Shown: piece after piece, positions 63,659 to 64,000 of the stretch
Layout: each line of letters starts with the position of its first letter
Position numbering within the stretch: the stretch's first letter is position 1
Assembly (NCBI RefSeq): GCF_030684315.1
Contig: NC_081387.1
Location: 23,058,647-23,122,646, forward strand
Length of the DNA stretch: 64,000 nucleotides
Direction: 5' to 3'
Source: Stegostoma tigrinum
Lineage: Eukaryota
Made by a program: the position numbers and the translations under genes
Notes under the pieces: generated by a model
Seen by the model: the letters and a program-made list of their open reading frames with translations, nothing else
Databases searched by the model: none
Told to the model about the DNA's origin: nothing

Positions 63659-64000
63659 ATAATTTCATTCTATTGAGCCCCTTTTGTCAAAAACACTGCT
63701 TCGCATGTTACTTTGTCAAAAGAGTTGTCAGCACTTTGAAACTTAATACATGCTTCTCTCTCACATGACTTCCCAGCACAGACTGAAAAACAAAGTCAGT
63801 CTGGAAAGGTCTACTCCTGTATCATGAGGGTTTTGGGGAAGGTTAGATAGGAAGAAACTGTCCCAGTTGGTGGAAGGATCAACATCAAAATTGAGAATCA
63901 GTCGTAGGCAAAAAAAAATGGGGAACTTGAGGGAAAATGCTTAGACACAGTGTGGGTGGTTAAGTTCTGAAATTCAGTGCCTGACGGTGTGGTGGAGGCA
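63659..64000 (+). repeat. Local segmental duplication, copy D (start only, runs off window)
   Basis: Matches A ~415-730 and B ~21563-21875 (ctttgtcaaaagagttgtcagcactttgaaacttaatacatgc...). Confidence 0.85.

Overview
Repeat-rich vertebrate genomic DNA, most likely from a shark. This is inferred from the repeat repertoire: CR1/HER1-type LINEs, HE1/V-SINE-like SINEs, and Penelope-like elements with hammerhead motifs. One intact multi-exon gene can be reconstructed on the + strand, a butyrophilin (BTN/BTNL)-like receptor: signal-peptide exon 28904-28991, IgV 32108-32455, IgC 40327-40605, transmembrane 41155-41274, two 27-nt linker micro-exons (45322-45348, 49570-49596) and a B30.2/PRY-SPRY terminal exon 56790-57334. 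All introns are GT-AG and phase 1, and the joined CDS is 1434 nt (477 aa) with no internal stop. Four copies of a locally duplicated module flank the gene: about 245-3208, 21385-23010, 58377-59894 and 63659 to the window end. The two upstream copies carry a consensus ISRE followed by a strong splice donor, which suggests an interferon-inducible promoter and non-coding first exon; the downstream copy at 58377 has lost both. The rest is decayed CR1, Rex1/Babar, Gypsy and Penelope-like elements, SINEs, a 34-bp minisatellite and a 434-N assembly gap. Most short ORFs in the supplied track are repeat-derived or spurious.
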